DNA of 64,000 nucleotides from a virus: positions 1 through 64,000 of IMG/VR virus record IMGVR_UViG_3300045975_000444; one strand, written 5' to 3'. Made by a program: the position numbers and the translations under genes. The notes under the pieces were generated by a model that was given only the letters and a program-made list of their open reading frames with translations, was not told where the DNA came from and searched no databases. This document shows positions 1 through 9,771 of this stretch, one piece after another. Positions within the stretch are counted from its first letter, which is position 1. The number at the start of each line of letters is the position of its first letter.

Positions 1-257
1 TCGTTGTCCACTTCCTTGACGGTCGCGGGGATAGTCTTCCAGCCGAGCCGCTGCGCCGCCTCAAGCCGTCGCTCGCCGCTCACTAGCTCGAACCCACCGT
101 TGCCGTCCGACCTCACCATGATCGGGTTGATCAACCCGTGATCCGCGATGGAGGCGAGGAATCGGCGGCCCACCTTCGTCTTCTGCCGCCGTCGCGGGCC
201 GACGGCGATTCGATCGACGGCGACCTCGACGACGGGTGCCGTGTCGAGCTGCGCCAC
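1..257 (-). CDS. ParB N-terminal domain protein, runs off the window edge; not in the ORF track
   Basis: Manual translation from GTG 257: MAQLDTAPVVEVAVDRIAVGPRRRQ...FLASIADHGLINPIMVR...FELVSGERRLEAAQRLGWKTIPA, with the ParB GxRR motif. Confidence 0.85.
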   Translation of the reverse strand, partial: MAQLDTAPVVEVAVDRIAVGPRRRQKTKVGRRFLASIADHGLINPIMVRSDGNGGFELVSGERRLEAAQRLGWKTIPATVKEVDN

Positions 258-260
258 TGC

Positions 261-572
261 TCAACCCTCCTTGGTTGCCCCGCCGCCGCCCGCGGCGGCC
301 GAGCTGCCCTCGACGTCGCCCGAAGGCAGAGCGGCCGCCGCCGTGGGCGCCGCCGCCGGAGCGGGCGCCTTCGTCGGCTCCAGGACGTCGCCCAAGGCCC
401 CGAGGATCTGGACCGTGCGCGCGAGCGCGGGCCGGTCGGCGAGAAGCCGCCGGCCCGCCGCCTTGGCCTCCTCGGCGAGCGCCCGCAAGCGCTCGCCGTC
501 GGGACGGAGGCCCTTCAGGATCTCGACCGCGCGCGCGTCGTGGTCGCCGCCGCCGTCGCCCGCGGCGCTCAC
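261..572 (-). CDS. hypothetical protein
   Basis: GTG start overlapping the stop of a short acidic Pro-rich ORF (569-738). Confidence 0.5.
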   Translation of the reverse strand: MSAAGDGGGDHDARAVEILKGLRPDGERLRALAEEAKAAGRRLLADRPALARTVQILGALGDVLEPTKAPAPAAAPTAAAALPSGDVEGSSAAAGGGGATKEG

Positions 573-768
573 TCGGGCGGCTCCTCGGTCGCGTCGTCGC
601 CCGCGGCGTCGTCGCCCTCGGCCGGCTCGGCCGGCGCGGGCGGCACCACCGTCTCGGGCTCGGGCGGGTCGATCTTGGGCGGGATGTCCTCGGGCCGCTC
701 GGGCGGGCCGCCGCCACCTTGCACTTGGGTCTCGCTCATGGACGGATCTCCTCTCTTCCCGTTTTCGG

Positions 769-1845
769 TCAGCTCGCTCGGCGCGCCGGCTCGCGGCGGA
801 CGGCACTGACGGTTGCGACCCAGCGGTCGCGTTGCTCGGCGAGGGTGGCCCGGAGCTGCGAGAGGTCGGCTCGCGCCTGACTCCGGGCGGCCGGGCTCGC
901 GATCAGCTTGGCCGCCTCGCCGAGGGTTTCGAGCCCGCGGCCAAAGAGCGTGAAGGCCTCGGCGACGAGCGCGTCGATGCCCTCGGCGGCCGGCATCTCA
1001 CGGGCAAGCGCGCGGGTAACCGCCAGCTCGCGGTCGGTTCGGCTCTCGGCCAGATAGAGGCGCGCGATCTCGCGTTGCTCGGCGACCGACTTCGACTTGA
1101 GCGAGCGGACGGCGTCGCCCAGGCGCTCGGGCTCCACGCGCTCGGCAAGCAGGCGCAGGAGCGCCTCGCGGGCCTCGGCGTCGATCTCGTGGTCGAGGTG
1201 TTTCGCCAGAGCGATCGCCTCGCGGTCGCTCACGCCGCCGAGGAACCCGTAGCGCCCGACCGCCGCCTCGTGCTGGCGGTCGGCGCGCACCGTCTCGCGC
1301 GGCACCCCGGTCGCACGGGCGACCTCGCGGTCGGAGGCCTCGGCCTTGGGCCGGCCGCGCTTCTTCTTGACGGGCGGCGGCTCCGCCGTGGCCTCGGGCT
1401 CGGCGTCGCCGTCGTCGCCCGCCGCAGGCGCGAACGGCTCGGGCTCGGGCGCCTCGGCGCCCGCCTGGCGCGCCTTGACGGCGGCGTACTCGCGCAGACA
1501 CCACTCGCGGCGGCGCTTGGAGCGCTCCAGGTCGGAGAGCGGCACCCGCTCGACGTTCTCGTCGAGTTCGAGATCGAGCTTGGCGTCGTCCGATGCGACG
1601 AACACGCGCGCCGGAATCTTCGTCCGGTTCAAGAGCCGCATCGCTTCCACGCGCCCGTGCCCGACGATCAGCTCGTAGCGCCCGGTCTCCTGGCCGGGCC
1701 GGACGACGATCGGATGGATCACGCCACGGTGGGCGATCGACTCAACGAACGAGGCGCGGAGGTTCACCTGGCGGCGAAGCCGCGGGCCGATGTCGATTGC
1801 GTCGAGCGCGACCTCGATCACCGGCGCACTGTCAAGCTCACTCAT
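769..1845 (-). CDS. ParB-like protein (ParB-N plus HTH)
   Basis: SIAHRGVIHPIVVR...YELIVGHGRVEA...LELDENVER; HTH-like ASDREVARATGVPRETV; GGAGG RBS before ATG 1845. Confidence 0.85.
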   Translation of the reverse strand: MSELDSAPVIEVALDAIDIGPRLRRQVNLRASFVESIAHRGVIHPIVVRPGQETGRYELIVGHGRVEAMRLLNRTKIPARVFVASDDAKLDLELDENVERVPLSDLERSKRRREWCLREYAAVKARQAGAEAPEPEPFAPAAGDDGDAEPEATAEPPPVKKKRGRPKAEASDREVARATGVPRETVRADRQHEAAVGRYGFLGGVSDREAIALAKHLDHEIDAEAREALLRLLAERVEPERLGDAVRSLKSKSVAEQREIARLYLAESRTDRELAVTRALAREMPAAEGIDALVAEAFTLFGRGLETLGEAAKLIASPAARSQARADLSQLRATLAEQRDRWVATVSAVRREPARRAS

Positions 1846-2044
1846 TGCCCGACCTCCCAGCCTCACCCGGCGAGTGATGTCGGACTCGGACTAGCACGAC
1901 CCGGCTATGTATGACAATGCCCGCGACCGAATTACCGAAGCATCGTCAAGACAGTATTCGCGGCGGTCTCCCCTCCCCGGCATTCTTTCGGGCGCAATGC
2001 GCCCGAAATTCCATGCCCGCGGATTCACTCGGGATCGGCCCCGC

Positions 2045-2084
2045 GGACATGTCCACCCTGGACATGTCCACCCTGGACATGTAC
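2045..2084. repeat. three tandem palindromes GGACATGTCC (15-bp period), probable operator
   Basis: GGACATGTCC 2045-2054 and 2060-2069, GGACATGTAC 2075-2084, just upstream of the RHH gene at 2095. Confidence 0.75.
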
Positions 2085-2094
2085 GGTCCGGGGC

Positions 2095-2277
2095 GTGAAC
2101 CTCTACCTCGGCCCCGAGCTGGAGGCCTACGCCCGCGAGAAGGCCCGCCGGGACGGCTATCAGTCGCTCGGCGAGGTCGTCCGCCAGGCGCTCCGCGAGA
2201 TGCGCGAGCGCGAGCGCGCGGACCTGGCCGAGCCCGCCCCCGCCCAGCCCGAGCCGCGAGGGAGCCGCGATGGATAG
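2095..2277 (+). CDS. ribbon-helix-helix protein, ParD antitoxin-like
   Basis: MNLYLGPELEAYAREKARRDGYQSLGEVVRQALREMRERE fits the ParD-type pattern. Confidence 0.7.
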   Translation: MNLYLGPELEAYAREKARRDGYQSLGEVVRQALREMRERERADLAEPAPAQPEPRGSRDG

Positions 2278-2560
2278 AGCCCCGAGGACCGGGCGCCTGA
2301 GCGCGCACGAGTCGGCCCAGATCCGGGCGCTTTCGGCCGCGGGCAAGACGCCGCGGGCGATCGCCCGGATCATGTACGACGAGACCGGCCGGCGCCTCGC
2401 TCCGGCCCGGATCGCCGCCGTCGTCGCCCAGCCGCCCCGCCGCAAGTACCCGCGCCGCCCGCGCCCGCCCGCCGACCCCGCGGCGATCGAGGCGCGCGTG
2501 CGCCAGAAGCTCGACTCGCTGATCGGCGAGCTGGCCGCGCTCCAGCGCCGCCGCCGCTAG
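2270..2560 (+). CDS. HTH DNA-binding protein
   Basis: LSAHESAQIRALSAAGKTPRAIAR. Confidence 0.55.
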   Translation: MDRAPRTGRLSAHESAQIRALSAAGKTPRAIARIMYDETGRRLAPARIAAVVAQPPRRKYPRRPRPPADPAAIEARVRQKLDSLIGELAALQRRRR

Positions 2561-2787
2561 TCGGCCCGGTCCTGGTCCCGGACGACGGCAAGCGCCCACT
2601 CGCGTAGCTCGGCCTCCTCGGCCCCCTCCTCCACCTCGCGGCCGACCTCCTCCAGCTCGGCCTGCCAGGTCGCCCAGGCCGCGAGCGCGGCCCGGTCGAG
2701 GCGCTCCGAGTAGACGGCCTCGCCGTCCACCTCGACCCGCTCGACCTCGCCCGCGGCGGAGACCCTGATCACGATCTCGACTTCCAT
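2557..2787 (-). CDS. hypothetical protein
   Basis: Compact ORF with RBS, co-oriented with terminase. Confidence 0.55.
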   Translation of the reverse strand: MEVEIVIRVSAAGEVERVEVDGEAVYSERLDRAALAAWATWQAELEEVGREVEEGAEEAELREWALAVVRDQDRAD

Positions 2788-2844
2788 TCTCGATCACCCC
2801 CTTTTCACGGGGGATGACTCCGCAGCTCGCCCGATCTGACACCC

Positions 2845-3072
2845 CTAGTCGTCGCCCTCGACTGGGAGCCCAGCGTCGGAGAGAAGCCGGTCGAGCCGGC
2901 GCCGCGCGAAGCCGAGCGCCTCGGCCGAGGAGACCGAGAGCGCGTCCTGCTCGCGGATGACGGCGCGCCGGTAGGCGCGCGCGGCCTCGGCAATCTCGCG
3001 GTAGCGGTCGCGGTCGACGACCACTGCGTTGAAGCGCCGGAGCCAGTCGGAGTCCTTCACCGTCGCGATCAT
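2845..3072 (-). CDS. hypothetical protein
   Basis: ATGA overlap with the terminase stop. Confidence 0.55.
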   Translation of the reverse strand: MIATVKDSDWLRRFNAVVVDRDRYREIAEAARAYRRAVIREQDALSVSSAEALGFARRRLDRLLSDAGLPVEGDD

Positions 3073-4586
3073 TCGCCGAGGTCCCGGCCCGTGAGCCAGC
3101 CGTCGGCCATGCTGTCGCGCTCAAGCGGCGCGAACGCGTAGCTCCCCCGGATCGAGCGCCCGCGCTCGCCCATCGCCAGGCAGAGCGCGTCGAAGAGGTC
3201 AGTCGATTCAAGGCCGCGGTCCGAGCGCTTGTCCTTCGACTCAAGCTCGATCTGGTCGCGGGTGTTCGGCCGGTAGAGGATCGACGCCATCTCGGCCAGG
3301 AGCGGCAGCTCGCGCGAGTCGGGGATGGAGCCGAGCGCGTTCTCTTTCAGCGCGTCGCGCACCCGCCAGGCGATCTCCGAGCGCCACATGCGAAAGCGCC
3401 GCGGGTCGTCGGCCTCGCCGCCGAAGTGCTGCTCGTGGACCCGGTAGCCGTGGTCGCGGATCACCTTGCAGAAGCCGAAGCCGATGCCCGTGGCATCGAC
3501 CGCGACCGCCGGGTCGCGATCGCGCCAGGGCCTGAGCCAATCGAGCACGATGCCGATCGAGTCGGGGTCGCGCGTGGCGCGAAGCTCGGCCACGTTCGAG
3601 CCGACCAGGACGCAGAACGCCGTGCGGGCTCGGCCCGCTCCGGCCGGGTCGATCCCGATCGTCACCCGCTCGGGCTCGAAGGCGAGCGGCGGCGCTGGCG
3701 CGCGGCGCTCTTCCAGAAGGGGGAGCGGGTACACGGCCCACTCCGACTGCCGCGGGAAGTCGCCCCGGACCCGCACGTCGAAGAGCGGCGACTCCTCGGT
3801 CCAGTCGATGAGCGAGTCGCGCGCGGCGCGCTTGGTCGCGAGGTTCGGGACGGGGTTCGAGTCCAGCTCGGCCTCGGAGAGGTCGAGCAGAGCCTTGAAC
3901 GACCCGACGCCCGCGAAGTTGGGCGACTTCAAGATGTCCAGATGGAGCGCCCGCCAGAGCTGGCGGCCGGCGTGGAAGCAGTCGTAGAAGATCCCCCCCG
4001 GCCAGAGCGGGTTCCCGACCAGGAGGACTTTGGAGTCGCCGCCCGCGAGCAAGCCCGCGAGCGTCTGCCAGAAGATCGACGTCAGCTTGGAGGCCTCGTC
4101 GACGATCACCAGGACCGCGCCCGCGTGATAGCCCGAGAGGCGCTCGGGCCGGTCGGTCGAGAGGCCGAGGAGATAGTTCCGCTCCGATAGCTCCCACTTG
4201 AGCGCGCCGACGGCGGTTGTCGGTAGCGGGACTCGGAGACCCATCCTGCGGAGCGTGTAGATGATCGTCCGGACATAGCCCCAGGCGGCCGCGGCGAGCT
4301 GTGTCGCCGACGGCCCGACCAGAATGCAGACGGCGTCGGGGCGATGGAGGCACCACCAGACGGCGACGAGCGCGGTCAAGAGCGACTTGCCAAGGGCGTG
4401 GCCCGAGCGGACGGCGATGCGGCGGTCGCGGACGACGGCGTCGGCCACTTCCATCTGCCCGGACCAGAGATGGACGGCAAGCGCCATCTCGGCGAAGTAG
4501 ATCGGGTGGGCAAGGGCGTTGCCGAGGAGCGCCCGCACCGAGTCGCCGTCGAAGGGCTCGGAGGGTTCCGCGGCAAGCCCGCTCAC
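3069..4586 (-). CDS. terL: terminase large subunit
   Basis: Walker A RSGHALGKS, Walker B VLVIVDEAS, motif GNP, nuclease IGIDPA...AVDATGIG...STDLFDAL; GTG start coupled to the upstream stop. Confidence 0.93.
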   Translation of the reverse strand: MSGLAAEPSEPFDGDSVRALLGNALAHPIYFAEMALAVHLWSGQMEVADAVVRDRRIAVRSGHALGKSLLTALVAVWWCLHRPDAVCILVGPSATQLAAAAWGYVRTIIYTLRRMGLRVPLPTTAVGALKWELSERNYLLGLSTDRPERLSGYHAGAVLVIVDEASKLTSIFWQTLAGLLAGGDSKVLLVGNPLWPGGIFYDCFHAGRQLWRALHLDILKSPNFAGVGSFKALLDLSEAELDSNPVPNLATKRAARDSLIDWTEESPLFDVRVRGDFPRQSEWAVYPLPLLEERRAPAPPLAFEPERVTIGIDPAGAGRARTAFCVLVGSNVAELRATRDPDSIGIVLDWLRPWRDRDPAVAVDATGIGFGFCKVIRDHGYRVHEQHFGGEADDPRRFRMWRSEIAWRVRDALKENALGSIPDSRELPLLAEMASILYRPNTRDQIELESKDKRSDRGLESTDLFDALCLAMGERGRSIRGSYAFAPLERDSMADGWLTGRDLGE

Positions 4587-4837
4587 CTCGGCTCCGCGCG
4601 GGCGGGCTTGCGCCGGTGCATTGCCGCGTGCGGGCACGTGACCCAATGCGGCGAGATGGCGTCGCCGTGGGCGGCGCGGATCGCCTCGAAGGTCGCCGCG
4701 GGGTTGGCGAAGAGAGCAAAGCGCAGCGCGGGCGAGTCGTCGAGCGGCATCAGACGCCCGCTCGCGGTCGCGACGAAGACGATCGGCGCACCGCAGCCCT
4801 TGGCGCGGGCGGTGTCCCTGCAACGGGCCTCGATCAT
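4583..4837 (-). CDS. small phage Zn-binding protein
   Basis: GCGAPIVF...SGRLMPLD...HWVTCP. Confidence 0.65.
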   Translation of the reverse strand: MIEARCRDTARAKGCGAPIVFVATASGRLMPLDDSPALRFALFANPAATFEAIRAAHGDAISPHWVTCPHAAMHRRKPARAEPR

Positions 4838-5439
4838 GGAGCGTCGTCTCCGGTGTCGTCGGTGTCGTCGCCGGCCGCGGTGCCGTTCGTTGGCGGCGGC
4901 GCAGCCGTCGGCGCGAAGGGAAGCTCGATCGTCAGGCCGGCGGCCTTGACGCGCTCGGCGGCTTCTCTCTGGCGCTCGGCGAGCATGGCCTGGAGGTCGG
5001 CGATGGCGATCGTGCGGTCGGCCGAGTCGAGCTGGAGGTAGAGGCCGAGGAGCTTGGCGCGCTCGGCGACCGCCTTGATGACGAGCGCACCGGCATGGAC
5101 GTCGGGTGCCTCGCCGTCGGCGCCGGTGGCGGCGTCGAAGTGGCCCTTGATGACGGCGTCGAGGCGGTTCAGTTCGAGGGCGCGGAAGCGCCGGGCGTTC
5201 TCCTCGGTCTCCTTGGCGCAGTTGTCGAGTGCGGCCTGGAGGTACTGGTAGGCGGTCGGGACCGAGAGGCGCATGGTCTCGGCGATCTGCGGGACGGTGT
5301 AGCCGGCGGTGCGGAGGCGAAGGGCTTCCGACTGGCGGGCGACCGACAGCTCGGTCGTCTGGCGGAGCATCACGCCCGTCCGGCCGAGGAGCCGGCGCGG
5401 GCGGCCCGTTCCAGAGCGTTTCTCGGGACCGCGCGCCAT
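4834..5439 (-). CDS. terminase small subunit-like HTH protein
   Basis: ALRLRTAGYTVPQIAETM...LELNRLD...RAKLLGL; position upstream of terL. Confidence 0.7.
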   Translation of the reverse strand: MARGPEKRSGTGRPRRLLGRTGVMLRQTTELSVARQSEALRLRTAGYTVPQIAETMRLSVPTAYQYLQAALDNCAKETEENARRFRALELNRLDAVIKGHFDAATGADGEAPDVHAGALVIKAVAERAKLLGLYLQLDSADRTIAIADLQAMLAERQREAAERVKAAGLTIELPFAPTAAPPPTNGTAAGDDTDDTGDDAP

Positions 5440-5533
5440 TTTCTTGAGCCCGGAAAACGCCCTGTCTTACAACGTTTTTCGGCTCCTGCCAAGTCCGACC
5501 CCGAAAACTTTGAGGGGAGCGTGTCTTTCGGAG

Positions 5534-5562
5534 TTGACTAACGCAACGCTATGTCTTACATT
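5534..5562 (+). promoter_or_regulatory. sigma70-type early promoter
   Basis: TTGACT-N17-TACATT with TGTCT abutting the -10. Confidence 0.8.
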
Positions 5563-5570
5563 GCATCTCA

Positions 5571-5895
5571 CTGACGGACACAACGAAACGTCAGACGGAG
5601 CCCGGTCGGGCGACGGTGCTTTGACAACTGAAGAGGTGAGATCGAACGAGCGAGCGGGCGAGAGCCTGCCGCAAGAGCGGGTGGGTCCGAGGGATGGCCG
5701 GGAAAGCCAGAGCCGTGTGGAACCTCGGATGAGCCAAGCGCGATCGAAGCCGGATGCCCCCGCCCCGAGGCCGCGACGACGCAACGCAGGGTCTGCACGC
5801 GGACGAACGGCCAGCATGGACGGGGGAAGCAACAGAACGTTCGAGGGCTCTCTTCGGAGAGCCCGGACGAAGCTCGGCGCGCGCGTCGGGCTTCG
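5571..5895 (+). ncRNA. structured leader RNA with boxA-like element (candidate)
   Basis: Nested helices, GAGA and UUCG tetraloop hairpins, TGCTTTGACAACTGAA at 5617-5632. Confidence 0.45.
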
Positions 5896-5926
5896 CCTCA
5901 TGGACGAGGAGAAAGCGAGATTCACG

Positions 5927-8900
5927 ATGACGATCCGCGAAGCCTTCGCCGCCTACCGCGCGAAGCCGACGAAGAAGCAATGGACGGCGGTCCTCGAAGC
6001 CGCCGGCCCCGACCCGGCCTACCGGGTCGACGGCACGAGCCTCTACTGGATCGTGTCGCGCCCCTACGAAGGCCGGGGGATCGGCTTTTGGGGAAAGCAG
6101 GTCGTTCGCGCTCGGCGGTTCAACCGCCTCCAGAAGCGCTTCAACAAGACCGAGACGACGCTCCTCGCCCACGAGTACGACCATGCCAACGCGGTCGGCG
6201 AGCTGCTCGCCTCGACCTTCTGAAAGGAGCCACCGATGAGCACGACGAAGGAGTCGCCGCGCTGCGCCATCTGCGGTCGACGGCTGCGAGGCTTCCGGGC
6301 CTTGCATGCGGTGGAGTTCGCCGACCCGGAAACCGGCGGGCACGAGCAAGCATGCTGGCAATGCGAGCGCGACGAAGAGCGTCGCGAGAGAGCGGCCGAA
6401 AGGAGCCACTGATGTCACGCTTCGAGTCGAAGCACGCTTGCTGCGGGATCTTCTCGGCCGCCGAGTTGATCGCCGGGCACCCTGCACCGCGCCCCGAGCT
6501 GGGCGCGGTCTTCTACTCAAACGGCCGCGCCGCGGTCGCCTGCGACGCTTGCGGGCGAGCGGTCGAGGCCAAGTCGGTCGCCCGCGCTTCTCGCGCGGAG
6601 TTCGACCGGCTCAACGCGGCGATCGCCGCAAGCTGAAGGAGAGAGAGCGATGAATACCCCGAGACGTTTCGACTACAACGGCAACTGCATCTACAGCGAA
6701 GAGCTGAAGATCGACGGCGCCTGGAAGTACACCGGCCGACGCGTGATCGTGCGCCCCGTCGAGCAGGACGAGGACGGCTGCGGCGAGGCGAGCTGGATCG
6801 TCCGCGGCGCCTCCGACAAGGAGAGCGCGCTCGAAGTCTGGGAGCATGCCGTCCTTGAGGACCGGCGCAGCTCGTCGAGCGGGCCGGGCGGCTACTTCGA
6901 GGATCGCGCCAGCATCGTCGAGATCGACGGCGACTTCGAGATCCTGCGGCGCTTCGGCCGCGACGTCTGATGGAGACGCGGCACGCCCGGTCGACTCACA
7001 CCTACCGCGACCCCGAGCTGCCACTGCGGAGGATCGAGGAGCGGTCGAACGGCAAGGAGCGGCTCGCGTGCGGCCACTGGATCGCCGCGCCGTCGAGCCT
7101 CGGAGCTTTCCGGGCGAAGTCGCGGCGCTGCTACCGCTGCGGCTGCCCGGACTGCGCACCGGAAGGAGAGAGAGCATGAACCTCGAAGACTTCCCCCACG
7201 CCTGCGGCTTCGTCCTTCGGGACGGTCGCAAGCTGGAGATCCGACAGCACCGAAACGAGTGGGCGTGGATCGTCTACGACCGCGCGACCGACACCGTCGT
7301 CGAGCGCTTCGGCGATTTCGGCGCCTGGTTCGAGATCAACTGCGGCGACTACGTCAGCCGCTGAAGGGGAGAGCATCGATGAACTGCGGACACTGCGGAA
7401 GCGGCGACGTCTCGGTCGCCTACCTCGACAAGCGGACGGCGCGAGTGACCTGCGTCGAGTGCGAGGCGGTGACGATCCGAGACCCGAAGACGAAGAAGGT
7501 CGTCGACCTCGCAACGCCGCGAGCGCGGTGCGCCTTCGAGGCCGCGGTCGCGGACGCCGACAAGGCGTTCGAGGCCGCCTGAACCGAAGAAACCAACGTG
7601 GAGGAGCGGACGATGAGGAGGAGCCAACCGATGGAGGAATCGAATGACCATGCTTCCGAAGAAAGAGGTCGTGATCGTCACCGCCACGTCGGCCGTCGCC
7701 GAGTACCTGCGCGGCCTCGGCTTCAAGGGCCTGCGCTGGGACTACGGCTGCGAGCGCTTCACCGTCCCCGCCGAGGTCGCGGCCAATGTCGACCGCATCC
7801 GCCAGGGGCTCGAACCCCTGGCTTCCTAAGAGGAGGAGCCCATGAAGCTCTACGCCCTAACCGACGGGAGCGCGGTCGTCGCCTGCGACGATCACGCCCG
7901 TTTCTTCTTGAACGGCGCGCGCGAGAGCGCTCGACCCGTCGACGACCCCGCGAGCGAGTGCGCCTTCTGCCGAAGCGCGCGCCTCTCGCGCCCACCCGAG
8001 AAGCCGCTCGTCCTCGGGCGGCCCAACTACATGGACTGACCCCCCGACGGGCTCGCTTCGGCGAGCCCGGACGTGAGCCGGCGCGCGCGTCGATTCACGC
8101 CCGATACGGGAGAAAGAGAGACACCGATGACGATCACCCTGAAGTTCCCCGACACGCCAGCGTTTCGCGAGGCGCTCGGAACGCTGGCCGTCCACTGCAT
8201 CGAGGACAACGCCGAGTCGGCGCGCGGCGAGTGTGCAGAGGACGCCCGAACCGAGGAAGAGCGCGCCAAGTGGATCGCGATCGGCGACGCCTACGAGGCG
8301 ATCGGCGAGACGATCACCGAAGCGCTCCACCCCGAATATCGACGCTGAAAGGAGCGCCCGATGAGACCCGTCAACCACCCGTTCTCGACCGGCCGGCGCG
8401 TCCACGTCGCCGGCTTCGGCGAGGGTAGCGTCGCCTACTGCGTCAACTCGCCGAGCGACCTCGCGACCGTGCTCCGCGTGAGCGTCATCCTGGACGCCAA
8501 GCGCGCCCGGCCCGGCTACGCCGGCTCGATCTTCCCCCGAGAGCAGGTCCGGCCGATCCTCTCGGCCGGGAGCGGCTACTCGGACTGCGCGTGCCGCGAT
8601 TGCTTCGACATCGCGATCACCTCCGACGGCTCGCCCGCCTTCTGCACCGAATGCGAGGAGGCCGGCTGCGAGCCCGACCAGGACTGCCAGCAACCCGGTG
8701 CCTACGGCGCCGAGGAGGAGTTATGAGCTTCGCTTTCCGCCAGATCGACCTCGCCACGGCGACGGGGCAATCGGTCGAAACCATCGTCGCCCGCGAGCTG
8801 GCCGCCCAGCTCGTCGGCAACGGCTACCGGGTCGGCACCCGATGGACGGTCGACTCCGACAACCCCAACCACCTGAGCGACGGCGTCCGAACCCTCGCCG

Positions 8901-9706
8901 TCTACGTCGACGTCGACCGCAAGCGCCCGGCGGGCTCGCGCGTCAACCTGATCGGCTCGCTCGACCGCTCGATCTTCGAGGGCGTCCGCGAAGCGAGCCT
9001 CTTCCGGCCGCCCGTCATCCGGGCCTCGGTCGCCTTGGAGCGCGGCCCGATCATCCTCGCCAACGAGGCGCGGCGCCGAGTGCTCGCCAAGCTCGACGAG
9101 ACCATCCCCGCCATCCGCGATCGGATCGCTCGCGAGCTTGAGCGGGTCTCGGCCAAGGCCGCGACCCAGGCGCGCCTCCGCCCGGCCTTTCGGACGGATG
9201 GACATTGCACCGTGCCCGGCATCTACGGGCACGCCATCTCCAACCACGACGGGACCGAAGTGACGGTCCACGTCACCGTCCCGGCGGAAGTCGCGGCCAA
9301 GGTCGCGGCGCTCCTCGCCGAAGAAAGGAGACCCCATTGACCCTCTACATCCTGCGCGACCTGCTCGGCGAATCGATCGTCGTGCCCGTCTGCGAAGCGC
9401 ACGCCTCCGAGATGCCCGCCGTCGGCGGCCGCGTCACGGCGGAGCCGTGCGACGACGACATCCCCTGCGATTTCTGCCGACAGGAGGCCCCCGATGACCC
9501 CTGACCCCGTCGCCCGCGTCAGCGCTGGCGACCGCTGCCAGCTCCACCCCGCAACCGACCGATGGATGATGGGCGATCGCTTCGGCGACGTCGTCTCCGT
9601 CGTGAAGGCCGACCGGCGAAAGCCGTTCGACCGCGTCCGAGTCAAGCTCGATCGGTCGGGCCGGACTCTCACCTTCCCCGCGTGGAACGTCCTCGCGGTC
9701 GACTGA
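5927..9706 (+). other. array of about 14 small early genes, many with CxxC motifs (5927-6223, 6236-6412, 6412-6636, 6650-6970, 6970-7179, 7176-7364, 7379-7582, 7644-7829, 7842-8039, 8127-8348, 8361-8726, 8723-9340, 9337-9504, 9494-9706)
   Basis: Tightly packed ORFs, most with a purine-rich AAGGAG-type RBS or overlapping start/stop codons. Confidence 0.75.
8048..8069 (+). terminator. UUCG hairpin (processing or terminator)
   Basis: CGGGCTCGC-TTCG-GCGAGCCCG, no U-tract. Confidence 0.4.
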
Positions 9707-9771
9707 CCCTTCAACCCACAAACGAGCACGGCCGGGAGCGGGGCGTACCCTCCCGGCCGTGCGATGGAGAA

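Noticed and set aside
5309-6223. 304-aa ORF across the early promoter
   Set aside because: It overlaps the terS-like gene, promoter and leader; only the 3' part (from about 5927) looks coding
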